From a virus (Duplodnaviria; Caudoviricetes), in IMG/VR virus record IMGVR_UViG_2595698832_000001, positions 118,834-182,833 of that record: a DNA stretch of 64,000 bases. One strand, written 5' to 3'. This document shows positions 1-11,700 of the stretch, one piece after another. The translations under genes and the position numbers were made by a program. The notes under the pieces are model-generated. The model searched no databases. It saw nothing but the letters and a program-made list of their open reading frames with translations, and was not told the DNA's origin. Position 1 is the first letter of the stretch. Every line of letters starts with the position of its first letter.

Positions 1-59
1 TAGATTGTGCAGAATGTTCAGAATGTTCTAACATTAAAACATTAAAATGTTATAGCTAG
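1..59 (+). CDS. 3' end of a Cys-x-x repeat protein (partial, probable paralog of 124..978)
   Basis: Frame 3 reads DCAECSECSNIKTLKCYS*, the same CxxCxx periodicity as the next ORF. Confidence 0.6.
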   Translation, partial: DCAECSECSNIKTLKCYS

Positions 60-65
60 AACTTC

Positions 66-123
66 AGAAATTTTTAAGTTCAATTATATTATAATTATTT
101 CATTAAAATATAAAGGAGCAAAA
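66..123 (+). promoter_or_regulatory. Early-type promoter and RBS cassette (TTAAG...TATTATAAT...AAGGAG)
   Basis: TATAAT box and AAGGAG before ATG 124; closely related copies on the minus strand at 33612-33674 and 39641-39703. Confidence 0.7.
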
Positions 124-978
124 ATGGAACTAATAGACGGTTATTATATAGATTCTGACAACAATAAATGGGATGCTGAATTATATTCTGAGGACCAAGC
201 TAAAAAAGCTTCAGAATCTTTAGTAAATTGTAAAGACTGTGTTAATTGTTTTAACTGCGAAGATTGCTTTGGTTGTGAAGACTGTGAAAAATGTAGCGAG
301 TGTATAGATTGCGAAAACTGCGAAGATTGCTTTGGTTGTGAAGACTGTGTCAGATGTAATGGTTGTGCTGAATGTTATGAATGTTTTGTTTGTGAAGGTT
401 GTAAGAACTGCACAAAATGTTGTGACTGCGAAAGTTGTGATTGTTGTTATAATTGTGTCAGATGCAAAAAATGTGGAGATTGTGAAGACTGTACAGATTG
501 TGAAGACTGTACAGATTGCGTAGAATGTTATAAATGTGAAATTTGCACAGATTGTAAAGAATGTGAAATTTGTAAAAACTGTGCTTATTGTGAATCCTGC
601 AGTAAATGCACAGATTGTAAAGAATGCACAGATTGTAAAGAATGTGAAATTTGTAAAAACTGTGGTAAATGTACAGATTGCATTAAATGTTTAGATTGCG
701 CAGCTTGTCAAAATAGTAATTCATTAATTGAATGTGTCAATTGTGTAGAATGTGAAATATGCACTAAATGCGAAAATCTTAAAGATTGTAGAATTTGTGG
801 GAATTGTAATGACTGTGAAAACTGTAGTGAGTGTGTAGATTGTAAAAACTGTAAAAAATGTAAAGAATGTGATTGTTGTTTGAATTGTGTTGATTGTACC
901 GACTGCTATGGCTCAATGGATTCTAAAAAACGAGAAAATGCACGATTTAATAATTTTTTAAGTTCTAATATATTATAA
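124..978 (+). CDS. Cysteine-rich (CxxCxx)n repeat protein
   Basis: 284 aa with Cys at nearly every third residue after a ~35 aa N-terminal segment shared with 22580..23005; good RBS. Confidence 0.85.
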   Translation: MELIDGYYIDSDNNKWDAELYSEDQAKKASESLVNCKDCVNCFNCEDCFGCEDCEKCSECIDCENCEDCFGCEDCVRCNGCAECYECFVCEGCKNCTKCCDCESCDCCYNCVRCKKCGDCEDCTDCEDCTDCVECYKCEICTDCKECEICKNCAYCESCSKCTDCKECTDCKECEICKNCGKCTDCIKCLDCAACQNSNSLIECVNCVECEICTKCENLKDCRICGNCNDCENCSECVDCKNCKKCKECDCCLNCVDCTDCYGSMDSKKRENARFNNFLSSNIL

Positions 979-996
979 TTATTAAAAGGAGATCAA

Positions 997-2287
997 ATGC
1001 AAATTATAACAGATTTTTTTAAATGAATTAAATGCTTCAAATAGTTCTAATTATAAATTAGAAGTTCTTAAAAAATATAACAATGAAATCATTAAAGAAT
1101 TTCTTTCATTAGTTTATGATAAAGTCAAATATTCTTACGGAATTAAAAAAGTACCAGAATTCCAAAATAATAATGAAACCATAGATTTCAATACAATTAA
1201 AAATACGTTCATAGCGTTGCATAATCGCGATTTTACAGGGAATAAAGCAATTAGTGTTGTTCAGTCATTACTTAATAATAAAACTCCAGAAATAACCAGG
1301 ATCATTACTTGTATTTTAGACAGAGATATTCATTCAGGTATTTCAACTAAACAAATTAACAAAGTTCATAAAAAACTTATAACAGAATTTCCATATATGC
1401 GTTGCTCACTAATGGATAAATTTAAGAATATTAGATTTCCAGCAATGATTCAAATAAAAGCGGATGGAACTTATAGAACTTTTATTAAAAAAGGTGATAG
1501 TGTCCAAGCATTTTCAAGATCTGGTGAAAGTTATGATCACCCTAAAGTATATTCAGCATTATTGAATCTGCCAGATGGTGCTTATATTGGTGAATTAATT
1601 TGTAATGAAGTTGAAGGTACTAATTCAACTGAAATCAGATATAAATCTAATGGTTTACTTAATAGTTTAACACCACCTGAAAATGTAACTTTTTATATGT
1701 GGGATTATTTGACTTTAGAAGAATTTGAAAATGGAAATAGTAAAACACCATATAAAGAAAGATTTGAGTTTGTTTGGAGATTAACTGAATCTTTAGAATC
1801 TAATACATTAACTGTTGTTAGAACCAGAGTTATTGATAATATAGAAGCTGCTAATGAGTATTTAAATACTTGGTTAAAAGAAGGTGAAGAAGGTGCTATA
1901 TTAAAAAATTGTGACGCTGTATTTAAGAATGGTACTAGTACAGAACAAATAAAATTAAAACCAGAAATAGAAGTTGAAGTTCGTTGTATTGATTTTACAG
2001 AAGGTAATGGTAAGTTTAAGGATACTTTTGGTGCTATTGTTTTTAAAACAGATGATGAATTAATTCAAGGTAAAGTTTCTGGGATTAGCGATACTGAAAG
2101 AGCTGAAATATTTAAAAATAGTTCTAAGTATTTAAATAAAGTTTTTACAGTTAAAGCAACAGCATTGACAAAATCTGAAGATTCTGAAATATATGCTTTA
2201 ATGCATCCAAGATTTAATGGATTTAGAGAAGATAAAGATTATACAGATACTTTAGATAGAGTTAAAAATATGGGATTAAAATTTTAA
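997..2287 (+). CDS. lig: ATP-dependent DNA ligase (T4 gp30-like); apparent +1 frameshift in the T run at 1014-1020
   Basis: KADG adenylation motif, EGAILK, KLK and HPRF motifs; AAGGAG then ATG at 997 gives MQIITDF-LNELNASNS once one T is removed. Confidence 0.92.
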
Positions 2288-2296
2288 GAAATCAAT

Positions 2297-3496
2297 ATGA
2301 AAGTAACGGTTATTGGTAAAGGTACTGCTGGTATTTTAACAACTAAATCTTTAAGATTTAATTTCCCAGATCTTGAAATAGATTGGATATATCCAGAATC
2401 TAATAAGTTTATAGGTGTAGGAGAAGCATTAGTTCCAGCAAGTTCAAAGTTTTTAAAGACTATTGGTGTTGATAATAAAATGATTCTAAAAGATTTTAGA
2501 GGTTCAATCAAAGCAGGTCTTAAAATGATTGGATGGGCTGATAAAACATTTAATTTACCTTTTGATAATTCAGTTTTATTAAATAGATATATGAATAAAG
2601 ATTTATTTCCAGAAAATTTTATAAATTTTGAAAATGTTAGTCACCACTTCAATACATTTTCTTTGCAAAATTTATATGTAGAAAATATTAATAATATTAA
2701 TAAAACTGTTACTTCGTTTAAAGATATTGATAGTGATTTAATTGTAGATTGTAGAGGTTTTCAAGATTCTGATGATTTTATTGAACCCGGTATACTTAAA
2801 AATAATATAGCATTAACAACTAGAATACCAGTTCAAAATTTTTTAAATCCATATTCATCGTTTTTTGCTAGGGATTTTGGCTGGTGTTGGACTATACCGT
2901 TACAAGATTATATAAGTATCGGTTATGTCACAAATGATAGCTTTATTAATCAAGCATCTGAAGATTTAAAGAAGCATTTACAAGAAAATTTTAAAACTGA
3001 TTTAAAAGATTATAATACTATTAAATTCAAAACAGGTTATAAGAAGCAACAAATAGCTAAAATTGAGGGTCATAATGTATTTTCAGTAGGTTTAAATGCT
3101 GCATTTGTCGAACCATTGCAATCAACTGGGTTGTGGCTAGCAAGCCAGCAAATACAAGAATTGATTAATTATATTAAAAATGGTGATACTAACTGGAATC
3201 AAAGATTTGAAGATATGTATAATAGAGTATATCAATTTATTTTAAATCATTTTATATTATGTAAAAAATCTAACGAATATTGGGATTACTATAAAAATTT
3301 TAATTTTAAAGATTCTTTGTTTACCGGTTCTAATGGAAATAACGTTTTTGATGGTGAATTTGAAAATTTTTTATATGATAGTTTTCAAGGCAAATCTGTT
3401 AAATATAATATAGATAAAAATATAGTGGGGGGGAAGGCGGCTCTTACTAAATTAAAGAAATTTGATGAATTATTAAGGGATTATTTAAGCAAATGA
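2297..3496 (+). CDS. Flavin-dependent halogenase-like protein (tryptophan halogenase family)
   Basis: GxGxAG FAD motif, IGVGEA, SIKAG (catalytic Lys position), WCWTIP (WxWxIP) and FVEPLQSTG. Confidence 0.85.
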   Translation: MKVTVIGKGTAGILTTKSLRFNFPDLEIDWIYPESNKFIGVGEALVPASSKFLKTIGVDNKMILKDFRGSIKAGLKMIGWADKTFNLPFDNSVLLNRYMNKDLFPENFINFENVSHHFNTFSLQNLYVENINNINKTVTSFKDIDSDLIVDCRGFQDSDDFIEPGILKNNIALTTRIPVQNFLNPYSSFFARDFGWCWTIPLQDYISIGYVTNDSFINQASEDLKKHLQENFKTDLKDYNTIKFKTGYKKQQIAKIEGHNVFSVGLNAAFVEPLQSTGLWLASQQIQELINYIKNGDTNWNQRFEDMYNRVYQFILNHFILCKKSNEYWDYYKNFNFKDSLFTGSNGNNVFDGEFENFLYDSFQGKSVKYNIDKNIVGGKAALTKLKKFDELLRDYLSK

Positions 3497-3995
3497 AATT
3501 CCAAGATTTAAATTTAGAAAACGCTAAGTTATTAAATCCGAAAAGATATAAAAATCCTAAATATCTTTTAAATAATAAAATATATAGACGTTTGGATGAG
3601 CCAATTGTTTTTTTATAATTAAGTATTATTTAGATGGTTTTAAAAAATACTACAATAATTTTGAATTACATTCCGACTACATAACCAGGGATTTCACCAA
3701 GGGGTATACTTCAACCTCTGTCAAAAATATACAAAAAATTAAATCTTATTTTTTCAAATGTTTTGGTGATGGTGACATCTTCCTCTTCAGTGATTTTCTC
3801 AAAGCGTCGAATATTATTTGTAACATATGTATTGATGAAGAAACATTATGTGGTTTATTATTAAAAAGAATTAAACTTCTGGGTAGTGATATGGTTTGTC
3901 GAAAGTTAGATATTAGTGAATTTGAATTTAAAAATGCTATTGATTTATGTAGAGATTTTTTAAGTCCGCAAGAAATTATCAGGTTATATAGATAA
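3493..3995 (+). CDS. Hypothetical protein, frameshifted near 3607-3630
   Basis: ATGA overlap with the halogenase stop; MKFQDLNLEN... continues in another frame as ...YLDGFKKYY...EIIRLYR*. Confidence 0.45.
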
Positions 3996-5537
3996 CTCGC
4001 TAGCTGCTTGAATTCTAAATACAACTTCTTCAATTAAATATTTAGGTTTATAATAAACATCTACATAAATGTTATTATCCTGAGTAGGATTATTAGAAAT
4101 ATCACAAACTATTTTAAAATCTTCTATATTATTATCTGCAACATAACTTCTACAAATTTCTTTTATTTTTGAAGCTAAATCATTTCTTGTATATTCATCA
4201 TTATTTTCAAATACATAATATAATGCAGCATTTTCACATTCTCGAACTAAATTGAAATGTATTATTCTATTTGTTAATTTAGATCCTTTTAAGGTATTTT
4301 CACTTAAAGCGTATATACCGGAATATCCTTTTTTAACAATATTAATATTTAAATCATATAAATCTTTTATTTGTGATTCTGTTAAATATATATCCAAATC
4401 TATTGTATTTAAGAAACTATAAATTGTTTTACAGTGAGATACTGATAATTCTTGTGAATTAATTAATCTGGTTCTTAAACCAACAATATCGCCTATGCAA
4501 TTAACATATATATTTTGATTATTAAATGGATTTAATTGTAATTTAGAACCATAGTAGACAACAGCATTGTTTGAAATTTGTAATTGTTTAATATATTCTT
4601 CAGGTTTGATACCTCTAGGTATGCCTACGAAAGCGCAGCAATCACCACGAGTATCTGCTAAATTGATAGCAGAATTTGGACTTTGTGTATTAGCAATTAT
4701 AAAATCAAATATATAATCGTTAGATTCGCCTACATTTTTATATGTTTCATCTATTTGAGCTGCACTTGGTAAACTTGCGTACCCGTTACTTAATTTAAGA
4801 CTATTAGAACCGTAAAAAACTGTTTTATCTGAGTTAGGTTCATTTCCATCAGCTAAGCGATTTAAGCCATCCACATAGTGTATATTACCATCATATAACT
4901 TGTATTTTTTAGGATCGAAAATAATGAATATATAATTAGAATTTTCATTAATAGTATCTACCATATCCTCAGCTTCTTTTAAGATATATTTTTCCATTAA
5001 TGTATCTTTTAAGAACACACAAATACAATATTGATTTGAACTCATTGAATTTTGAATATCTTTTGCTAAATAATTGCTGTGTATTAACATATTATTAAGA
5101 ACTTCATATTGTGTAAAAATACAAACTGTTAAATCATTTCCCCACTCTCCTGGGTTTCTAGCAAGGATTCTCAAGAAATTATTTTCAGAAATTATACGTT
5201 TACTTCTAAAATCATCTAAGTTATCTATTCTGACGTCAAAGTCATTAAATGGATAGCTAATACTAGCATTAACTGAATTTTCACCAATAGATCTCGAAAT
5301 AACTATTTCATTATTATCATATAAAAAATAATTATAAATTTGAAACCAGTCATTTATATTATTTTTGTTTGGTTTACCAAATTTTGTTTTAAAATCTAAT
5401 ATAGAATAAACGGGTGTTAAAGTATCTGGTGAACCTTTATCGAAATATCCAGCATAGAATACTCTTCTTGGTTGCGAATAATTTGATGTTGAACTGGTAT
5501 CACTATCAATAAATCTAACACTTGGGACTGGCATCAT
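3984..5537 (-). CDS. Tail sheath protein (gp18-like)
   Basis: MPVPSVRF N-terminus, ARNPGEWGN, FENNDEYTR and C-terminal VCDISNN...VDVYYKP typical of T4-like sheaths. Confidence 0.88.
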   Translation of the reverse strand: MMPVPSVRFIDSDTSSTSNYSQPRRVFYAGYFDKGSPDTLTPVYSILDFKTKFGKPNKNNINDWFQIYNYFLYDNNEIVISRSIGENSVNASISYPFNDFDVRIDNLDDFRSKRIISENNFLRILARNPGEWGNDLTVCIFTQYEVLNNMLIHSNYLAKDIQNSMSSNQYCICVFLKDTLMEKYILKEAEDMVDTINENSNYIFIIFDPKKYKLYDGNIHYVDGLNRLADGNEPNSDKTVFYGSNSLKLSNGYASLPSAAQIDETYKNVGESNDYIFDFIIANTQSPNSAINLADTRGDCCAFVGIPRGIKPEEYIKQLQISNNAVVYYGSKLQLNPFNNQNIYVNCIGDIVGLRTRLINSQELSVSHCKTIYSFLNTIDLDIYLTESQIKDLYDLNINIVKKGYSGIYALSENTLKGSKLTNRIIHFNLVRECENAALYYVFENNDEYTRNDLASKIKEICRSYVADNNIEDFKIVCDISNNPTQDNNIYVDVYYKPKYLIEEVVFRIQAASELSI

Positions 5538-5645
5538 AATCCTTCATATAAAAATATATAAAATGAATGTAACTACTAAAAGTAGTATTAATAAATCTAC
5601 TATTATTAATTGTTCATATTCTTGGTCATTATGTATCAACATATT

Positions 5646-6849
5646 TTATACTTTAGTGTTTACTAAGCCAACTAGTTCAGATTCTTTAGATTCTAAAGCT
5701 ATACCTATAAAATATTTTTCTTCTTTTTTGTCTTGGGTTTACACAAGCATAACCGTCATACTCAGCGTATAATTCATCACCGGCTTTTACAGAACCTTTA
5801 ACAATTACTGGTGTCTGACCCTTTAAAGCTATTAACACACCTTTACAATCTTTATTAAGAATAAATCCTGGTTTATCTGAAACTACACCTAAAGGTCTAT
5901 TATGTTTATAGATGTCGAAATATTCAATTTCTGAATTTTCATTAATACCTAGAACAGCTCCAACTTCAAACTCTTTATCGGTTTCGTAGACCTCAGCTAA
6001 GTCAGCGTATTTTGCTTTTAAAGCAGTTCCTATAAAATCTTGAGCATACATAGCTTTAAATTGTTGCGTTGTTGAGCCAATTGTAGATATTAAGTTTAAT
6101 CCTGGTAATAATCCGGCTTCTGTGGTTAACCAAGCTTCTTTTTTACTTTTACGAGTTTGTAATTGTTTAGATTTAGAATCAACAAATACATAATCCGTTA
6201 ACAAATCATCTATATTAGCAACACTTTGTTTCACTTCATCTATTAAAACGTCGACATATTTTTTAGTTGTTACGTGAGTAGGTTTAGATACTTCTAAATC
6301 TATTTTATTGTCTTGTTTAATATAGATGCCTGCGAGATAACCATCTAAGAAATCTTTAAATTGTTCTAAAGACCATTTAAGATACTTTAAGTTAATAACA
6401 TCGTAATCATCGACAATAGGCCAATCTTTATCATTGTCAGTTTTAGTAGGGTAATTATCTACATCTAACCAAGGATATAATTCATTTAAAGTGACTTTTT
6501 TCCACATATCAGAGTTAGCATCTGGATAATACCCTTGATTTTCGATATCACTAGGCAATGCTAAATAATATGAATTTTTAATGGTTTCCACATCTGGATT
6601 ATCTTCTGTTATATAAGAAACTATTTCACCTGCTTCATAAATTATGCTAGCATCCCATCTGATAGATTCTTTTGAAGTTAATATTTTAAATTGACCGATT
6701 AATTGATTAACCTCTCTTTTGAGTTTATTAACCGACTTGTTTAGTGCGTCTGCGCTAGCTCTTTGGTTATCCATAATATTGAATTCCTGAACGAACTCTC
6801 TAAAACTAGTTAAGTTAAAATTGTAGCCTTGGTATCTAAAATCAGACAT
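5646..6849 (-). CDS. Virion structural protein (fibre/baseplate-type) with a C-terminal ADLAE domain; frameshift near 5715-5730
   Basis: AKYADLAEVY...GVVSDKPG...IALKGQTPV...GIALE domain seen in T4-like virion proteins; late-type TAAATA upstream. Confidence 0.65.
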
Positions 6850-6912
6850 TAAATCTCCTGCTTATATTTTTAGTATTTATTTTTGATCAGAGGCTTAAAT
6901 AATTTAAATAGA

Positions 6913-7275
6913 TTAATTAGTATTTAAGGTTATTGTATAAGTTTCAAAGCTTGAAGTTTCTACGCCTGTAAAATTATAATTAATACTTAATATAACCCTG
7001 TTGAATTCTGGTTGTGAATAAATGTCTACACTTTGAACTTTGATTCTAGGTTCGTAAACTTTTAGACATCTTGTAATTTCGGTTTGCATACTATTAATAG
7101 TAATATGGTCAATCATTTCAAACAAATAAGCATATAAATTGCAACCAAATTCTGGTTTACCAGCTAAGGAACCTTTTCTAGTAGTTAATATATTAAAAAT
7201 ACTTTGTTCTATAGCTCGTTTATCTATAACTACATCATTCAAAGAATCATTATGAAAATCTTTATAAGTTGCCAT
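6913..7275 (-). CDS. gp25: Baseplate wedge subunit (gp25-like)
   Basis: AIEQSIFNILTTRKGS...PEFGC...YEPRI signature. Confidence 0.92.
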   Translation of the reverse strand: MATYKDFHNDSLNDVVIDKRAIEQSIFNILTTRKGSLAGKPEFGCNLYAYLFEMIDHITINSMQTEITRCLKVYEPRIKVQSVDIYSQPEFNRVILSINYNFTGVETSSFETYTITLNTN

Positions 7276-7350
7276 TTATATACCTATTATATTATTTTAA
7301 GGTATAAGCCGATTTAATACCGACTTATTTTTACCTTAATTTTCGCTATG

Positions 7351-7768
7351 TTAATCTTCAGACTCAGTTACTTCAACACTTAATTTAACAACTTTTTCAG
7401 AACCACCCTTAGCTGTAGCTTTTACAGTAATTTCAGAAGTTCCTTTAGTTGCAGCAGTTATAGTGAATTTACCTGAATTTTTTTGTAACTGTAGCATTAG
7501 TATTGTTAGACTCAACTGTGAAATCACTAGCATTTGTAGTTACAGTGATATCTTTAGTCTGGCCTTTTTCAATAGTTTGTTTATCAGCTGGATTTAAAGA
7601 TAAAGTAGTTTCTACTGATGGTGATTCTGGACCACTTTCTTCATTATCTGCTAAGTTTGCTTCAGTTCTTTCAGCTATGATAGCTTTAACCTCAGCTTGC
7701 GATTTTTCATAGATTGAACCATTTATGTCAACTTTAACTGGATCTGCAGTAATATGTTCTAATGCCAT
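7351..7768 (-). CDS. Ig-like domain virion protein; two ORFs joined across the T run near 7478-7484
   Basis: Beta-rich T/V pattern (TTLSL...ITVTT...FTITA...GTSEITVKAT) continuous across the frameshift. Confidence 0.65.
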
Positions 7769-7869
7769 AAAATACCTTTCATAATTATTAATTATTAGAT
7801 ATTTATTTTACATTCTAATGTTATATGTTTTTTAAAACTAACATTAAGTATATTCAAAATCTTTGAATG

Positions 7870-8199
7870 TTATAATTTGGAATCTTTATCTTTGGGAGAT
7901 ATGTTATCTAATAATCTATCAATTATACTTTGTATTTTTTCATATCCAGCGAATGCTATAAAAATAGACACACCTATTCTGCTCGAATACGTTAAATCAA
8001 AATTATCAGTTATTAAAAAAGAAGATAATGCTAAAACACCAGAAGTTGATGATGTTTTTATAAAAAGTTTAAATCTCGTTAAAAAATTGGTTTTAGATTT
8101 AGCAGCTTTATCTATATGTAAGAATTGAACAGTACCTATAACAGCACCTATAAGTAGTATAGGAAGGGAGCCAAATAACACATCGTAAATATTCAACAT
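7870..8199 (-). CDS. Small membrane protein, holin candidate
   Basis: Two to three hydrophobic segments, charged C-terminus, late-type TAAATA upstream. Confidence 0.5.
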   Translation of the reverse strand: MLNIYDVLFGSLPILLIGAVIGTVQFLHIDKAAKSKTNFLTRFKLFIKTSSTSGVLALSSFLITDNFDLTYSSRIGVSIFIAFAGYEKIQSIIDRLLDNISPKDKDSKL

Positions 8200-8256
8200 T
8201 TTACTCCCTTTAAAAATTTATGTTATTTATAAACATAAATGCTGATGATCAATGGG

Positions 8257-8469
8257 TTAACCAACATAATTAAAAAAACTAGCTATTGCATATATTAACG
8301 AAAATGTAATAACTCCCCATATAGTTCTATTACATATTTTCCAAACAGTTCTCAACGAAATGGTATAATGTTCACCACTGGAACAATGGTATCTACCTAT
8401 TAAAAACCATCTGAAAATAAACCAATAATATCTTAGTTTCTTTTTTAAACCTTCTGTGCGTTCACCCAT
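8257..8469 (-). CDS. Hypothetical membrane protein
   Basis: 70 aa ORF with RBS and a C-terminal hydrophobic segment. Confidence 0.55.
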   Translation of the reverse strand: MGERTEGLKKKLRYYWFIFRWFLIGRYHCSSGEHYTISLRTVWKICNRTIWGVITFSLIYAIASFFNYVG

Positions 8470-8477
8470 TTTAAACC

Positions 8478-8630
8478 TTATTTATTGTCATATTTTTCTT
8501 TTAATTCATCATATTCTTTTTTAAGAGCTTCATAAAGAGCTTCAGCTTTTTTAGAGCCGTTAACACGAATACAATAACCTATAGCAAGGCCAACAACGAA
8601 TATAGCAACATAAATAGCAACACTTAACAT
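8478..8630 (-). CDS. Small membrane-anchored coiled-coil protein (50 aa, not in the ORF track)
   Basis: AAGGA RBS; MLSVAIYVAIFVVGLAIGYCIRVNGSKKAEALYEALKKEYDELKEKYDNK*. Confidence 0.6.
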   Translation of the reverse strand: MLSVAIYVAIFVVGLAIGYCIRVNGSKKAEALYEALKKEYDELKEKYDNK

Positions 8631-8719
8631 TCATAATCCTTTAATATTTTTTATTATTTATTAAACAAAAAATTGGTCATAAAAATCAAATAAATATTAC
8701 AAAAAATCAGGATTTTCAA

Positions 8720-11700
8720 ATGGCTATTATAAAAGAAACATTGCCTTTTACATACGATGAAATATACCAAGATATAGCTAAAAGATTAATTGAAAAAGGC
8801 TGGGATGGAGGAGCTTATGAAGGCTCTAATGGGGCAATCTTAGCATCTGTTTTATCTTATATTGTAAGTTCTTTGAACTTCAATACCGCAGTAAATGTTA
8901 ATGAGAATGTTTTAACTTTGGCGACTAAACGTAAAAATGTTATACAAGATGCTAGGGTTTTGTCTTATGAACCTTCTCATAAAAAATCTACAATACTCGA
9001 AATAACATTAAGTTTTACCAGAACTGGCTATTTTAAAATACCAAAATATAGCACATTTACCATAAATGGGTTTACTTACAATTATTTAGGTGATGATTTA
9101 GAATTTAATATAGATAAAATAGGAGCTACAACTACAATACAAGTAAAAGAAGGTACATTAATTAAAAACGAAGAATATCCTGATATTTTAACTTATAAAA
9201 TAGATGAAAAATTTGAATACATTGATATACCTTGGAATGATGTAGAAGATGATGGTGTGGAATGTTATGTTACTTATTATGATACTTTTGGAAATTTATC
9301 GGATAATGCAACTTTTGTAAAATCTTCTTTTAATTTAATTGATATTAAGGATAGCACCAATAATAAGTTCTTTAGAAAAGATGATGTGGATACTGGCAAT
9401 GCTAGGATATATTTCCAACTAGGGACTGCTGGTACTAAGTTGCCTTCTAATACGAGAGTTTATATTAATGTTTTAAGAACTTCTGGAATAGACGCATATT
9501 ATGAGAGATGTGATTCAGCTTCCGTTAACGGTGATCTTGGCTCTTTTTGTAAAATATTGACTTCTGGTAAAGATGCACCTGTATTAGTTTCCCAAGCTCA
9601 GGATGAAGAAAGTATAGAGTCTATTAAAACAAATGCACCAATGTTTTATAATAGTGCTTCAAGAACAGTAACGATACACGATTATAATTCAGTTATAAAA
9701 ACACACTCTAGTGTTAAAAATGTAGTGACTTGGGGAGGTGAAGATGAATATCCAGTTGCTCCAGGTAATTTGTATTTTTCAGCTGAACCCCGAAGAAAAG
9801 AACCAGAATTTACAATCTTTAAAAAAGTTCAACAAAGTGATGGAACATATACTTACAAAAAAGAAAACTCTACTTTAGCTAACGGCGAATTATTGAATAC
9901 TACTGAAATGAGCACCAATCAATACTACATAAAAGAATCTTATAATGATCCTGACACATTATATTTAAATGATGGTGAAGTTGTTTCTGCAGAAAAAGAT
10001 GCTAACGGTTATAAAAACCCAGGTATTTTTGACTTAGTAGATACATATAATTTACCAGCACTTAAGAATAATCTTAAAAATCCAACATATGTTAATATAG
10101 ATTTACAAGTTCTTATTAAACAATATCCATTTGGTACTCCAAAATCAGATATTCGTAAAAAAATCTATGCAAAGATTCGTGAAAAAATGGCGGAAATTGA
10201 AAAATTTGAAGGCGAATTTATTCATTCTAACTTAGTTAGACATTTAGACAATGAATTGGGTCTGGGTAATGGTATAGAAGTAAATCCATATTTTAGTTTA
10301 TTACTAAGCGAAGAAAACTGTGTAAAACAATTTAAAGAAAATAAAGACTTTAGTAAAGTAAATTGTTTTTATGCTAAATCATATGACAAATTATCTAAGA
10401 ATTTAGTTCTTAGTGTTTATTTTAGTTTATTGGCTAGTGTAGGTGATAAATTAGAAGTTTATTTTAATAAAGAAAGTTTGCCGTTTATTTTAGACAATAC
10501 AGATCATTATACTTATGAATTAACGGATACTGATATCAACCAATCTTATAAATCTTTTTATTTTAAAGATGTGGGATTTGATGAAGAATCATTAAATGTT
10601 AGAATAGTATCATATGATGGATTGACCACCTATGGTGGAAACGACATTAATTTATACAACTTAAAAAATAAAACCGTATTTTTTAATGTTAATATAGGTA
10701 ATGAATTATCAGTTATTAAAATAGCATTGCCAAGATTTGTTAGTGTAGGTGATAGTTTTAAAGTTTACGGTTTATATGGTTCTCGCAAAGCAGAACAATT
10801 AATATATGATTTCTATATTACTGAAGAGATACTTTCGCAAGGCTATCTACAATGTGATGATTTACAAAGGGGTAAATATGCAGGTTTTGTAGGAGCAAGT
10901 GATTATAAAGTTGTTTATACTTGTAATAGAGAATCTTTAAAACCAAGTGATAGTGAAGAACCTGATAGCAATGGGTTAAAATCTAATCAATTATTAGGAA
11001 CTGCCAGTGGTTCTTGGGAATCTGCAGTCAACCAAACTGAAAGTCAAGATAATGTTTTTGGTGATATAGAAACTTCTAATTTATATTATAACTGGTATGA
11101 AGATTCTGATGGTCAAATAGATATTAGAGTTTGGATACCAAGCTCAGTAAAAGCCAATGATACATTATTAATAGATTATGCTCAAAAAACTACAAGTATT
11201 GTTATAACAGACGCTATGATAGCTCAAAGGCAGTTTGATACAAAAATAGATGGTATATTATTAGATATTACAAAAATTTCATTTGGTAGTGCTGATGGTT
11301 CTATCGGTATATATCCTACTTACGTAGAAAGACAAAATGAATTAACACCTGTAGAAGATGATAGAATTCAATTTGTTGCTAAACAGTTTGAAAATATAAC
11401 AGAATATACACCTACAACCACATTTGATAGAGAAGTTCAATTAAAATCTAATGAAAAAATTACATTTTATGTTAATTATAATAATAAATTCGACGTCAGG
11501 AATTTAATTGCAAATCACGATGATTCATTAGATTCATATACAGTTAGTATACCAGAAGGTTCTCCATTAAAATACGAAGCGCCATACGTAGTATTAAATA
11601 ATTATAGAAAAACAGGAACTTTTAATTTTAATTTAGACGTTCAAGTAAAACGTGGTGATTTATTATATCAAAATCAAATAGTATATGTTAAAGAAGCTGC

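Noticed and set aside
332-523. Val-rich alternative-frame ORFs here and at 22678..22869
   Set aside because: They are by-products of repeated TGT/TGC codons in the Cys-rich genes.
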